A DNA stretch of 64,000 bases from Oscillospiraceae bacterium. GTDB taxonomy: Bacteria > Bacillota > Clostridia > Oscillospirales > CAG-272. A program made the translations under genes and the position numbers. The notes under the pieces were generated by a model. That model saw only the letters and a program-made list of their open reading frames with translations. It was not told the DNA's origin and searched no databases. The stretch lies in assembly GCA_015063305.1 (NCBI GenBank), contig SVUJ01000010.1, positions 5,028 through 69,027 on the forward strand, in the 5' to 3' direction. Shown here one piece after another: positions 38,690 to 48,208 of this stretch (within the stretch, counting starts at the first letter, position 1; every line of letters begins with the position of its first letter).

Positions 38690-38739
38690 ATCTGCTATGC
38701 CCGAAACTGAAATATCCCTCGTTTTACGGGGGATATTTA

Positions 38740-39861
38740 CTATCTTTTTTTGAAATATTGATATAGATTGCAGGGTATCATTCCGTTGTACAGCTTACGA
38801 ACCTTGTCGGCGCGTCTGCTGTAAAGCGACTGAAAATTCTCACAGGACGTGAGAATATATATCTGCCAAGGCTCAAAGGTGGCAAAAAGCTTTCCCATTT
38901 TGCGATACAGGGCCTCGACCTCGGATACCGTCATAAGGCGCTCTCCGTAGGGCGGGTTGCAGACTATAGTTCCTCTGCGGTCGGGCTTTGATATTGAGAG
39001 AGCATCGGAGTGGAAGAGCTTGATAGAGTCGGCAACGCCCGCGCGCTTTGCGCTCTGACGGGCTATTTTCAGAACCTCGGGGTCAATGTCCGAGCCCCAC
39101 GCCTCAAAGGCAGAGTGGGGGAGTATGTCCTCTTTTGCCCAATCTCTCGCTTCTTCCCATATGCTTGAGGGTATCTGAGGGAAGCTTTCGGCGGCAAAAC
39201 GTCGCTTGATACCTGGGGCGATGTTACGCATCATCATAGCAGATTCGATAAGTATAGTTCCCGAGCCGCAAAAGGGGTCCCAGAGAAGTACGTCCTCGCG
39301 GGGTCTTGAGGTCGCGGCTACAGCCGCGGCAAGCGTTTCGCGCAGAGGCGCTGCACCCGCCTCAGGACGGTATCCCCTCTTGTGAAGCGGAACGCCCGAT
39401 GTGTCTATCATAAGAGTTACCTTATCCTTGAGGATGAAAAATTCTATCTGATATTTAACTCCCTCTTCGGAGAACCATTTTATGCCGTATTTGTCGGAGA
39501 GCCTTGCCACAACAGCCTTTTTGATTATGCTCTGACAGTCGGGGATAGAGAAAAGCTTACTTTTTATAGAGTGTCCCTTTACGGGAAAGGCGTCGTTCTT
39601 ACCCACAAAGCATTCCCACGGCAGCGTCTTTGTGCCTTCAAAAAGCTCCTCAAAGCTCTCGGCAGGGAAGCTTCCCATATTTATAAACACCCTTTCGGCA
39701 AAACGAAGGCGGATATTGGCATCGGCAACGGTGTTCTCGTCACCCTCAAAATATACGCGCCCGTCTATCGTTTCGGTCCGTGTGCAGCCAAGCTCGTCTA
39801 TCTCCTCGCCCAAAAGCTTTTCAAGTCCGAAAAGACAGGTAGCGACCAATTGCAGTTTCAT
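38740..39861 (-). CDS. THUMP-domain class I SAM-dependent 23S rRNA methyltransferase (RlmL/YpsC-like)
   Basis: LHKRGYR, APLRETLAA, DPFCGSGT and CNPPYGER. Confidence 0.93.
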   Translation of the reverse strand: MKLQLVATCLFGLEKLLGEEIDELGCTRTETIDGRVYFEGDENTVADANIRLRFAERVFINMGSFPAESFEELFEGTKTLPWECFVGKNDAFPVKGHSIKSKLFSIPDCQSIIKKAVVARLSDKYGIKWFSEEGVKYQIEFFILKDKVTLMIDTSGVPLHKRGYRPEAGAAPLRETLAAAVAATSRPREDVLLWDPFCGSGTILIESAMMMRNIAPGIKRRFAAESFPQIPSSIWEEARDWAKEDILPHSAFEAWGSDIDPEVLKIARQSAKRAGVADSIKLFHSDALSISKPDRRGTIVCNPPYGERLMTVSEVEALYRKMGKLFATFEPWQIYILTSCENFQSLYSRRADKVRKLYNGMIPCNLYQYFKKR

Positions 39862-39928
39862 CGGCAGTTCCTCTCGCAAGTATATGATATCTTAGATATT
39901 ATATATCATATCCCGCAAAAAGTCAATA

Positions 39929-40438
39929 TCACGCACCGACTATAACTCCGCAGGCTATGCGTTTACCCGAATTTCCCGATGGGTCGGTCTTAAGATCGTC
40001 GGGAGCTGAGTGGACTATGACCGCTCTTCCCATTATATCCTCGGGAGAAAATCTTCCCGTGAGAAAGGCGCACCAGGCATACCCCTCGTTGCCAAAAAGC
40101 GGGGGAAGATCGCCCGAGTGCGAGGGGTGAGGACACTCATTCTTTGAAAAATGCGCTCCCGCGTCCGAGAAGGGTTCTTCGGCGCTTCCCGTGCATTTTC
40201 CCGCGTTGTGGATATGAAATCCGTATATCTGGGGGGCGCAAGGGGCGTCCTTGTCGTATGGCAGATCAGACACCTCGGCGCTCACCACCACACCCATAGG
40301 GGTAGAATAAAATTCAACTGTTCCTGATATTGTCGGGTACTCCGCCGATCCGCGAAGCTCTGCTCTTGCAAAGGGTCGTCTGCCTCGGAGTAAGGACGAG
40401 TACGAGCCGGTTCTGGCTTGGGAGTTTCTGTGATACAT
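39929..40438 (-). CDS. Cu/Zn superoxide dismutase family protein, no signal peptide
   Basis: GFHIH, GAHF..HPSHSGDLP, VIVH and GNSGKRIACGVI. Confidence 0.92.
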   Translation of the reverse strand: MYHRNSQARTGSYSSLLRGRRPFARAELRGSAEYPTISGTVEFYSTPMGVVVSAEVSDLPYDKDAPCAPQIYGFHIHNAGKCTGSAEEPFSDAGAHFSKNECPHPSHSGDLPPLFGNEGYAWCAFLTGRFSPEDIMGRAVIVHSAPDDLKTDPSGNSGKRIACGVIVGA

Positions 40439-40592
40439 ATAGTCTTCCTTTCTGTGTTTGTAAAAGTATGTCTTCTACAAATATATTCAGAGAAAGGCGT
40501 TATGTTTACAGTTTTGCTTGACAGAGAAAATAAAATTTGTTATAATTATTTTGTATGCTTGGATAAAATAAAATGCTCGAAAGGATAAGGAT

Positions 40593-41624
40593 ATGAAACA
40601 GTTTATGGAACAGATCATAGCAAACGATTCCCTTCGGCAAAGACTTTGTTCGGACATACTGAATGACAGATTGTCCCACGCTTATATAATCGAGGGAGTG
40701 AAGGGAAGCGGAAAGCATACGATAGCAAGGGCTGCCGCCGCCGCGCTCTCCTGTGAGAACAAAGGAAACGACATAATGCCTCTTCCTTGCGGTGAGTGCC
40801 GCTCGTGTAAAAAAATACTCGGCTCTATCTCGCCCGACGTTATCACGGTCGGGTGTGGCGACAGAGTTACGATGGGCGTTGACAGTATACGGTTTCTCCG
40901 CGAGGATATTTACGTTATTCCAAATGATCTTGATTATAAGGTCTATATTATTGAGGACGCCGACAAGATGACCGAGCAGGCGCAGAACGCCTTTCTCCTG
41001 TCGCTTGAAGAGCCGCCGTCATACGTGCTCTTCTTGCTGCTCTGCGAGGATTCAGGGGCGTTTCTTGAAACTATAAGAAGCCGCGCGCCCGTGCTCAGAA
41101 CAGAGCCTGTTTCAAGAGAACAGATAGATGCTTATATATGCGCTACGGACAGAAGAGCCGCGCAGATGAAGATGTCAGAGCCCCACAAATATGAGGAGCT
41201 TCTTATGTCGGCGGGGAACGGTATAGGTCAGGCGCTTGAGCTTCTTGAGCCCAAAAGCTTCGCTCCCGTGCTTGAGAGAAGAAAGCTGGTCAAGGATTTT
41301 GTAAGCTGCGCTTTGGATAATTCGTCAAGAGAGCAGGCGGTCGCTCTTATGAGAGCCTTTTCAACTAAACGTGAGGCGCTCTCGCAGGAGCTTGAGCTTA
41401 TATACTCCGCGCTCAGGGATATCCTTGCGGTCAAGAAAAGCGACACGGTAGAGCTTTGCTTCTATGAATCTATGGATACCGCGCTTGAGCTGTCCGAGAG
41501 AGTGTCGGCAACAAGGCTTGTTAAGCTGTGCGACGCTGTGTTCGAGATATGTGAGCGAGTGGAGAGAAACGCAAACGTAAGACTTACCTTACTGTCGCTT
41601 CTGTCAAACTTAGAAATGATATGA
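40593..41624 (+). CDS. holB: DNA polymerase III subunit delta'
   Basis: SHAYIIEG, PCGECRSC, ADKMTEQAQNAFL..LEEPP and TIRSR; upstream of ricT. Confidence 0.9.
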   Translation: MKQFMEQIIANDSLRQRLCSDILNDRLSHAYIIEGVKGSGKHTIARAAAAALSCENKGNDIMPLPCGECRSCKKILGSISPDVITVGCGDRVTMGVDSIRFLREDIYVIPNDLDYKVYIIEDADKMTEQAQNAFLLSLEEPPSYVLFLLLCEDSGAFLETIRSRAPVLRTEPVSREQIDAYICATDRRAAQMKMSEPHKYEELLMSAGNGIGQALELLEPKSFAPVLERRKLVKDFVSCALDNSSREQAVALMRAFSTKREALSQELELIYSALRDILAVKKSDTVELCFYESMDTALELSERVSATRLVKLCDAVFEICERVERNANVRLTLLSLLSNLEMI

Positions 41625-41674
41625 CATATATGACATAATAAATATATTTCGAAAGTCGAAAGAACGGAGAGAAA

Positions 41675-42865
41675 ATGGAAGAGGAAAAGAATATAAAAAA
41701 TAACCATAAAAAGTACCACCATCATCACCATCATCATAAGCCCTCTAACCCAAACGCTGTAAAAAATGAGCCTAAAGAGAATTCGGGCGAGCCGAGAGAG
41801 AATAACGGCGCTAAGAATAACGGCGAGAACAGATATCAGGGCAACAGAAACAAAAGACATCATCACAGATATCATAACGATCATAGAAAAAATAACCCCA
41901 CACAGCAAGAGAGTGCTCAGAAGCCTGTAGAGCCTACCGAGGAAAAGCTCCCCGTGACCGAGGAGATCGAGGCTGTAGAGGCTGTGGCAGAAGAGGTAGC
42001 TGTGGTCGAGGAGAAGGCAGAGGATACCGAAGCTGCCCAAAAGAGTGAGGTTCTGGTTGATGTGGTAGGAATACGCTTCAAATCATCGGGTAAGACCTAC
42101 TATTTTGACCCCGCGGGACACAAGCTCACAAAGGGAGCTTACGCTATAGTTGATACGGCGCGCGGACTTGAGTACGGCGAGGTGTCCTTGGCAAATACAC
42201 AGGTCAGCGAGAGCGATATAGTTCCCCCGCTCAGAGCAGTCATAAGGATAGCTACCGAGGCGGACAAGGAACATCATCTTGAAAACAAGAAAAAAGAGGA
42301 GCAGGCATTCGTCACCTGTAACGAGAGGATATTGGCGCACAAGCTTGATATGAAGCTTATAGAGGCGCAGTACACCTTTGACAACACAAAGCTTTTGTTC
42401 TACTTTACCTCATCGGGAAGAGTTGACTTCCGAGAGCTTGTCAAGGACCTTGCATCTGTCTTTAAGACGAGAATAGAGCTCAGACAGATAGGTATACGCG
42501 ACGAGGCAAAGCTGATCGGCGGCCTCGGACTTTGCGGACGTCCGCTTTGCTGCTCGGTATTCCTTTCGGATTTCGGTCAGGTGTCGATAAAGATGGCAAA
42601 GGAGCAGAATCTCTCGCTCAACTCAGCAAAGATATCGGGCGCTTGCGGCAGACTTATGTGCTGTCTGCGCTACGAGCACGAAACATATGATTATGAGATA
42701 AAGCGCACACCGCCTGTTGATTCGACGGTCAAGACCGACGACGGGATAGGAACTGTTACCGAGATAAGCCCTCTTGCGGGAACTCTCAAGGTAAGACTTG
42801 CGGATAAGCCCGACATTCCCCCGAAAACCTATCACAGAGATAACGTAAAGGTGATAGAGAAATAA
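41675..42865 (+). CDS. ricT: PSP1-domain stage 0 sporulation protein RicT/YaaT with His/Asn-rich N-terminal extension
   Basis: GKTYYFDP, RVDFRELVKDLA, RIELRQIGIRDEA, CGRPLCC and SGACGRLMCCLRYE. Confidence 0.92.
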   Translation: MEEEKNIKNNHKKYHHHHHHHKPSNPNAVKNEPKENSGEPRENNGAKNNGENRYQGNRNKRHHHRYHNDHRKNNPTQQESAQKPVEPTEEKLPVTEEIEAVEAVAEEVAVVEEKAEDTEAAQKSEVLVDVVGIRFKSSGKTYYFDPAGHKLTKGAYAIVDTARGLEYGEVSLANTQVSESDIVPPLRAVIRIATEADKEHHLENKKKEEQAFVTCNERILAHKLDMKLIEAQYTFDNTKLLFYFTSSGRVDFRELVKDLASVFKTRIELRQIGIRDEAKLIGGLGLCGRPLCCSVFLSDFGQVSIKMAKEQNLSLNSAKISGACGRLMCCLRYEHETYDYEIKRTPPVDSTVKTDDGIGTVTEISPLAGTLKVRLADKPDIPPKTYHRDNVKVIEK

Positions 42866-42881
42866 GAACGGAGCATACGGT

Positions 42882-43103
42882 ATGAAAAAATCAAGTTACC
42901 TGTTTACAGGTATCGCAATACTTTTGTCCCATATTATGTGCGCTGTCGTTGCCTATAACTACCGCGATATGCTTTGCGCTATCGAGCACGGCGGTTATAG
43001 CGCTCCCGCGCGAATGGCTTTTCTGTATGCGCTCCCGTTTGCGGTGGCTATTGCTGTGTGTATCGTTTTGGCTGTCAAATGTCATAAGAAGATAAAAAAG
43101 TAA
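42882..43103 (+). CDS. Small two-TM hypothetical membrane protein
   Basis: 73 aa; GGAG RBS; two hydrophobic segments and a basic C-terminus. Confidence 0.7.
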   Translation: MKKSSYLFTGIAILLSHIMCAVVAYNYRDMLCAIEHGGYSAPARMAFLYALPFAVAIAVCIVLAVKCHKKIKK

Positions 43104-43156
43104 TATTTTATAAAAGCTCCCCGACAGATTTTCAAAATCTGTCGGGGATAATTGTT

Positions 43157-44008
43157 TTATATTATTATATTTTCCGCGATGTCCCTTGCCATTACCGAAT
43201 ATTCTCCGCGGGATTCTGCGGCGCGGTCACCGGCTCTCGAGTGGATATAAACGCCGAGCGCGGCGGCATCAAAGTTTGGGAGGGAAAGGTGAGATTGAGC
43301 AAGGAGCGCGCCGATAATACCCACAAGTACGTCGCCCGAGCCACCCGTTGCCATACCGCTGTTTCCCCCTTGGTTTATATAAACCTTTTCCGAGCCGTCG
43401 CTAACGACCGTTCGGTGGTCTTTAAGAACGCAGACAAGCGAATTGTCGGCGGCGAAGCGCTGGGCTGTGACGGCTGTATTTTCAAGAATATATTCTATGG
43501 GCAGACCGCTCAGCCTCGAAAATTCTTTTATATGAGGGGTGATTATCTTCCCACCGAGATATTTATACAGAACGGGGTGCTCGGATATCAGATTGAGCGC
43601 GTCGGCATCGACCACCGTGGGTACGGTGGAGTTTCTGAGAACTGTTTTCAAAATATCAAGCGATAGAGATGTGCGCCCAAGCCCACAGCCTATCACCACC
43701 GAATCACAGCGCTCGAGAGCGCAGAGAAGCTTGTTTTCATAGGACGAGCTTTCATCGTACACGGTAAGCACAGCCTCGGGAATGAGTGTCTGCAAAATAA
43801 TTCTGTTTTCTTCGGGTGCGAAGATCTCAACAAGTCCCGCTCCCGTGCGGTATGCGCCAAGCGCTGAAAGATATGAAGCCCCCGCCATACCGTACGAGCC
43901 GCAAACACAAAGCACTCGCCCAAAATCTCCCTTATTTGAACGCTCGGGTCTTTTGGGAAGTATCAGTTTGCCGTCTGAAAAATAAGAAAAGTCTTCGATA
44001 TATCTCAT
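43157..44008 (-). CDS. nnrD: ADP-dependent NAD(P)H-hydrate dehydratase
   Basis: SNKGDFG, GAGLV, IGCGLG, VDADAL, TPHIKEF and GMATGGSGDVL. Confidence 0.93.
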   Translation of the reverse strand: MRYIEDFSYFSDGKLILPKRPERSNKGDFGRVLCVCGSYGMAGASYLSALGAYRTGAGLVEIFAPEENRIILQTLIPEAVLTVYDESSSYENKLLCALERCDSVVIGCGLGRTSLSLDILKTVLRNSTVPTVVDADALNLISEHPVLYKYLGGKIITPHIKEFSRLSGLPIEYILENTAVTAQRFAADNSLVCVLKDHRTVVSDGSEKVYINQGGNSGMATGGSGDVLVGIIGALLAQSHLSLPNFDAAALGVYIHSRAGDRAAESRGEYSVMARDIAENIII

Positions 44009-44194
44009 AAATCGCTCTCCTCAGATCAATAATTAAGTTAATTTTATCATATAATCATCAAAAAATAAAGAATTTTCTTTTAATTTATCCAAAGAAGAGA
44101 TAAATTTAAAAAATCTCTTGACAAGTGGACAGGAATATATTATAATATCTAATGTCGCATTTTATGTCAATCGAAAAAAGCTCGGGAGGTAGAT

Positions 44195-44713
44195 ATGGTT
44201 CTTGATGCAGGTCCTCTGCTAAGAGGTGAGGTCGGACGTATAGATATTGACTATATGCTCGCGCCCCAAACGCTTGACGGAATCGTTTTTGATACCGATG
44301 CTCACGTGGTCGGCAGTATCACAGATAATGCGGGTTATATGCGCCTGGTCCTCAGGGCAGACCTTCCTTATCGAGGCGAGTGCGCGAGATGTCTTGCTCC
44401 TGTTGACGGGGTTTTCTCTCTTGATTTTGAACGCACCGTGGTTGCTGAAGGAACACTTAGTGATGAGCAGCTCGAAGAGCATTTTGACGAGTACGCTGTG
44501 CTTAAGGGAAGTATGCTTGATATAGACGAGCAGCTTGTAGAAGAGCTTTGCTTGTGTTTCCCAAGTAAGCTTTTATGCAGCGAGGATTGCCCCGGACTTT
44601 GCCCCAAATGCGGTAAACCGCGCAGAGAGGGCGATTGCGGATGTCCCACCAAGGAGATAGACCCGCGTCTGGCTATCCTTAAAACATTTTTTGATGAAGA
44701 CAAAAATAATTAA
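44195..44713 (+). CDS. YceD/DUF177 family protein
   Basis: CARCL, LCSEDCPGLCPKCG and DPRLA; upstream of rpmF. Confidence 0.93.
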   Translation: MVLDAGPLLRGEVGRIDIDYMLAPQTLDGIVFDTDAHVVGSITDNAGYMRLVLRADLPYRGECARCLAPVDGVFSLDFERTVVAEGTLSDEQLEEHFDEYAVLKGSMLDIDEQLVEELCLCFPSKLLCSEDCPGLCPKCGKPRREGDCGCPTKEIDPRLAILKTFFDEDKNN

Positions 44714-44761
44714 TAATTATAAATAAAGTTGTGTTTTACACGTTTCAAGGAGGTGTAGAAA

Positions 44762-44947
44762 ATGGCAGTACCGAAGAGGAAAGTATCAAAAGCACGCAGA
44801 GATAAAAGACGTTCCAACGTATGGAAGCTCACGCTCCCCGGAATGACGAAGTGCCCCAAGTGCGGAGAGTTCGTTAAGACCCACCGCGTTTGCAAGGCTT
44901 GCGGATATTACAAGGGACAGGAAGTTGTCAAGGTTGAAAACAACTAA
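44762..44947 (+). CDS. rpmF: 50S ribosomal protein L32
   Basis: [17 protein letters not shown]; [14 protein letters not shown]. Confidence 0.98.
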   Translation: MAVPKRKVSKARRDKRRSNVWKLTLPGMTKCPKCGEFVKTHRVCKACGYYKGQEVVKVENN

Positions 44948-45078
44948 TTCTCTAAAGTAGATAAAAGGCTTCAAGGAAGAGTTAAACTCTTTTTTGAGCC
45001 TTTTTTCTTTTTTTGAAAAAACACTTTAAATAAAGATAAAAGTATGTTATAATTAAAAAAATGGCTATGGGAGGAAAA

Positions 45079-45717
45079 ATGAAAAAGACAGTATTTTTTC
45101 TTGTTGCTATGCTTTTGATAAGCACAATGCTGTTTTCCTGTGGAGATAAAGATAATATACCGGGCGAAACGTCGGCGGATAACGCGCAGAGCTTAAGGAG
45201 ACCCGATATATCACAGCTTGAGTTGAGTGAATATATAACACTTGGAAATTATAGCGGACTCGTGATAGTCTGCGGCTCGGAATCCGAGCGGGGAAACGCC
45301 GTTTGGGATAAGGTTGTGGCTGATGCCGAGGTGAAGAAATACCCCGAGGAGCAGGTGAATTACTACTTCTTTCAGTCAAAGGCTAAATATGAATATCTCG
45401 CCAAAAACGGAAACGACAGCTATGAAAATATCATAGCGGCGCTTGGGGTCACCGAGGAGCAGATGCTTGAGGACGCGAGAGCGCTCGTTAAGGAAGACCT
45501 TTGCTTTTACGCTATAATAAAGGCAGAGGGCATATCGCTCTCCAAAGAGGAAAAATCGAAAAATTTTGATAGATACGTCAAAAAATATACCGAAGCCTAC
45601 GGCTACAGCGAGAGCTACGCGCGAGAGAATATGAAGGAGCAGATATATGAATCGATGCTCTTTGATAAGATGCTTGAAAAGCTGATAATCCTCAATGAAT
45701 TCAATATAGAAAATTAA
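45079..45717 (+). CDS. Lipoprotein resembling the trigger factor C-terminal chaperone domain
   Basis: Lipobox LFSC; YITLGNYSGL, then AVWDKVVADAEVKKYPE and VKEDLCFYAIIKAEGISLS; no FKBP domain. Confidence 0.6.
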   Translation: MKKTVFFLVAMLLISTMLFSCGDKDNIPGETSADNAQSLRRPDISQLELSEYITLGNYSGLVIVCGSESERGNAVWDKVVADAEVKKYPEEQVNYYFFQSKAKYEYLAKNGNDSYENIIAALGVTEEQMLEDARALVKEDLCFYAIIKAEGISLSKEEKSKNFDRYVKKYTEAYGYSESYARENMKEQIYESMLFDKMLEKLIILNEFNIEN

Positions 45718-45733
45718 ATAGTAGGAGATAGAT

Positions 45734-46174
45734 ATGAAGATAAAGGTGAATATAAAAAAGACAGACCCGAATGCGATACTTCCGAGCTACGGCTCTGAGT
45801 TTGCTGCGGGAGCAGACCTCTACTGTTGCTCCGAGGGAGTAGAGATAGAGGCGGGGAAGACGGTACTCATACATACGGGAGTTGCTATCGAGCTTCCCGA
45901 GGGCTACGTTGGACTTGTTTACGCGAGAAGCGGACTTGCCTCAAAGCGCGGACTTGCGCCCGCTAACAAGGTGGGGGTTATAGACTGCGACTATAGGGGC
46001 GAGATAATGGTGGCGCTCCACAACCACGGTACGGAGACTCAGAAGGTAGAGCAGGGAGAGAGAATAGCCCAGCTTGTGATAGCGCCCTATTTCACAGCAG
46101 ATTTTAACGAGGTCGATGAGCTTTCCGAAACGGTGCGCGGAGCGGGAGGTTTTGGCTCTACAGGTAGGAAGTAA
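45734..46174 (+). CDS. dut: dUTP diphosphatase
   Basis: AAGADL, ARSGLA, GVIDCDYRGE, RIAQL and RGAGGFGSTG. Confidence 0.98.
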   Translation: MKIKVNIKKTDPNAILPSYGSEFAAGADLYCCSEGVEIEAGKTVLIHTGVAIELPEGYVGLVYARSGLASKRGLAPANKVGVIDCDYRGEIMVALHNHGTETQKVEQGERIAQLVIAPYFTADFNEVDELSETVRGAGGFGSTGRK

Positions 46175-46187
46175 TATTTTAAAACAT

Positions 46188-46220
46188 ATAAGGCATACAG
46201 TTTTGGCTGTATGCCTTTTT
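46188..46220 (+). terminator. Terminator after dut
   Basis: AAGGCATACAG-TTTTGG-CTGTATGCCTTTTT. Confidence 0.75.
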
Positions 46221-46288
46221 ATATCCATATTAGTATATTTCCCGAGGAATACCGCAAAATATGAGTATAAGAAGAAGAGGGGGCGGTT

Positions 46289-47650
46289 ATGAGTACGGTT
46301 GTATCAAAAATGCAGACGGTCAAGGGGATAGGCGTTGGCAAGAGCGCGGCGATGGGAAAGCTTAGAAGGATATGGCGGCAAGAGGAGCTTGAGAGAGCAT
46401 ACAGAACTCAGAGTGAGGAGTGGGCGGAATTTTCAAGAGCCGTGGGGATAGCGATAAGCCGCATAGAGGAAAGCGTTGAATATCTCGGAGAGGCTATACC
46501 GCCCGAAGCGGCTGAGGAATTTTCTTTGATGCTCGGACTTATACGGAGCAGAGAATTCCTCTGTGAGATAAAGGATATGATCGAGGGCGGTATAAGCGTA
46601 TCCGATGCGGTCACACATCTTAGAACGGAATATAAGGACGACACCGCGGTAGCAGAGGTGAGTGCGCTTATTGTGGGTATACTGCAAGGCTTTGCAGAGA
46701 ACACCCCATATAGCGAGGGGGATATAGCAGTAATAGAGGGGAAGGTAGACATCAGCTCACTTGTTTTTCTTGCGCGTATGGGAGTGTCGGCGTTTGTTTG
46801 CTTTGGAGAGCTAAGCCGAGTATTTGTGCGATTGTGCGACACGCTTAATGTCTCTGTGCTTGTTATTCCCGAAGAGGAGTTATATAAATGCACAGAGGCC
46901 GAGAACGCCATACTGTACCCGGATAAGGGGGCGCTATTCGTTTCGCCCGAGATAGAGATAGTGAGTGATTTCAGCTCGAAATTGAGAGAGGATCAGGCGA
47001 GTGAGATATTCGCCTCATTTTGCAATGAAGGGATATATTCGACGTTTGAATACGGTACGAGAAAATTTTCGGGATTTATAATAGACGCAAAAAATATAGA
47101 CGACGAGGAAAAGCTGTTTATACTTTACAGACGTGTGGCGGAAGCATTTGGCGGTAAGAGCGTTACGGTGTGCCTTAATGAAAAGAATGAAGCGCTTTTG
47201 TGGGAACATCTGAGGGCGGTCTGCCGAGCGGCTGTTTACGGTGAGATCTCAATAGCGGCGCGGGTTAGAGGTGTTAGAGAGTACGAAAGGATAAAAAGTT
47301 GCCTTTGGGGTGTTTGCGATGAGCTGAGAGCAGAAAAAAGGGAATTTGAGGATTCTATATCGCTTGGAGTGATGATAGATAATATAGCCTCATTTTTGGT
47401 GTTTGATAGTCTGGCAAGGTGCGCGGAGCGAATAACGGTGGATATGAGAGAGATAACAGCGGGGGCGCTTGAAGAGGATAAGAGGGCTGTGTGCGAGAGC
47501 TTTTTGAGGTGGGTCTTAAAAGCGGCATCGCCCGACGTGAGATGTATATCTGTTTTGGGCGAGGCGTGTATAACAGAAAATATTCTTAGAGGTATGTGTG
47601 ACGAAAGAGATATATGGTTTGAAAGAATACAGTTGAGCGACACACAATAA
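46289..47650 (+). CDS. Degenerate PTS Enzyme I (PtsI)-like protein lacking catalytic motifs
   Basis: Colinear EI-like segments: KGIGVGKSAAMGK, DEEKLFILYRRVAEAFGGKSVTV, HLRAVCRAAVYGEI and ISLGVMIDNIAS. There is no TSH phospho-His motif and no GTNDL. Confidence 0.7.
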   Translation: MSTVVSKMQTVKGIGVGKSAAMGKLRRIWRQEELERAYRTQSEEWAEFSRAVGIAISRIEESVEYLGEAIPPEAAEEFSLMLGLIRSREFLCEIKDMIEGGISVSDAVTHLRTEYKDDTAVAEVSALIVGILQGFAENTPYSEGDIAVIEGKVDISSLVFLARMGVSAFVCFGELSRVFVRLCDTLNVSVLVIPEEELYKCTEAENAILYPDKGALFVSPEIEIVSDFSSKLREDQASEIFASFCNEGIYSTFEYGTRKFSGFIIDAKNIDDEEKLFILYRRVAEAFGGKSVTVCLNEKNEALLWEHLRAVCRAAVYGEISIAARVRGVREYERIKSCLWGVCDELRAEKREFEDSISLGVMIDNIASFLVFDSLARCAERITVDMREITAGALEEDKRAVCESFLRWVLKAASPDVRCISVLGEACITENILRGMCDERDIWFERIQLSDTQ

Positions 47651-47737
47651 TTAAAATTAAAAATAAAAAATGAAAAAAGGTATTGACAATAGTAATAAAT
47701 TGTGGTAATATATACAGGTACGCGAAAAGCGTAGTTT

Positions 47738-47814
47738 GCGGCGTTAGCTCAGCTGGATAGAGTGTTTGGCTACGAACCAAAAGGTCGGGGGTTCGAATCC
47801 CTTACGCCGTGCCA
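47738..47814 (+). tRNA. tRNA-Arg(ACG)
   Basis: GCGGCGTTAGCTCAGCTGGATAGAGTGTTTGGCTACGAACCAAAAGGTCGGGGGTTCGAATCCCTTACGCCGTGCCA. Confidence 0.97.
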
Positions 47815-47943
47815 ACAAAAAAGGTGGATGCAATAGCATCCACCTTTTTTGTTGGCACGGCATCATCAAAGGGATTCGAAGTAGCCCAAAAACGATCCTG
47901 TGAATCGGCGGGGAGCCCCCGCGGGCAAAGATCGGGGTAGTCA

Positions 47944-48208
47944 GCCTTAATCGTTTATTCCAACCCGATGGTGTGTTTTTTATATAAGCCTTCTCCTGTG
48001 GGAGAAGGGGGACCACGGAGTGGTGGATGAGGAGTTGTTTTACGTTTGGTGACACCTCATCCGTCGCCTAACGGCGCCACCTTCTCCCACTGGAGAAGGC
48101 TTCATTTTGTTCGCCTTAATCAGTTATTCCTACCCAATGGTGGGGTTTCGTTTACTTTGCGGACGATTCGTGAATCGCCCCTACGTTGTGGGAGGATAAT
48201 ATCCTCCG
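47944..48208. repeat. Composite palindromic repeat cluster (paired hairpin element, 30-bp direct repeats, REP)
   Basis: AAGCCTTCTCC..GGAGAAGG hairpin pair at 47986-48102; direct repeats at 47944-47973 and 48113-48142; minus-oriented GTAG REP at 48159-48184. Confidence 0.65.

Noticed and set aside
47744-48055. ORFs across tRNA-Arg/repeats (also 17684-17954 across tRNA-Ser and 38503-38691)
   Set aside because: They are translations of tRNA or palindromic repeat DNA.
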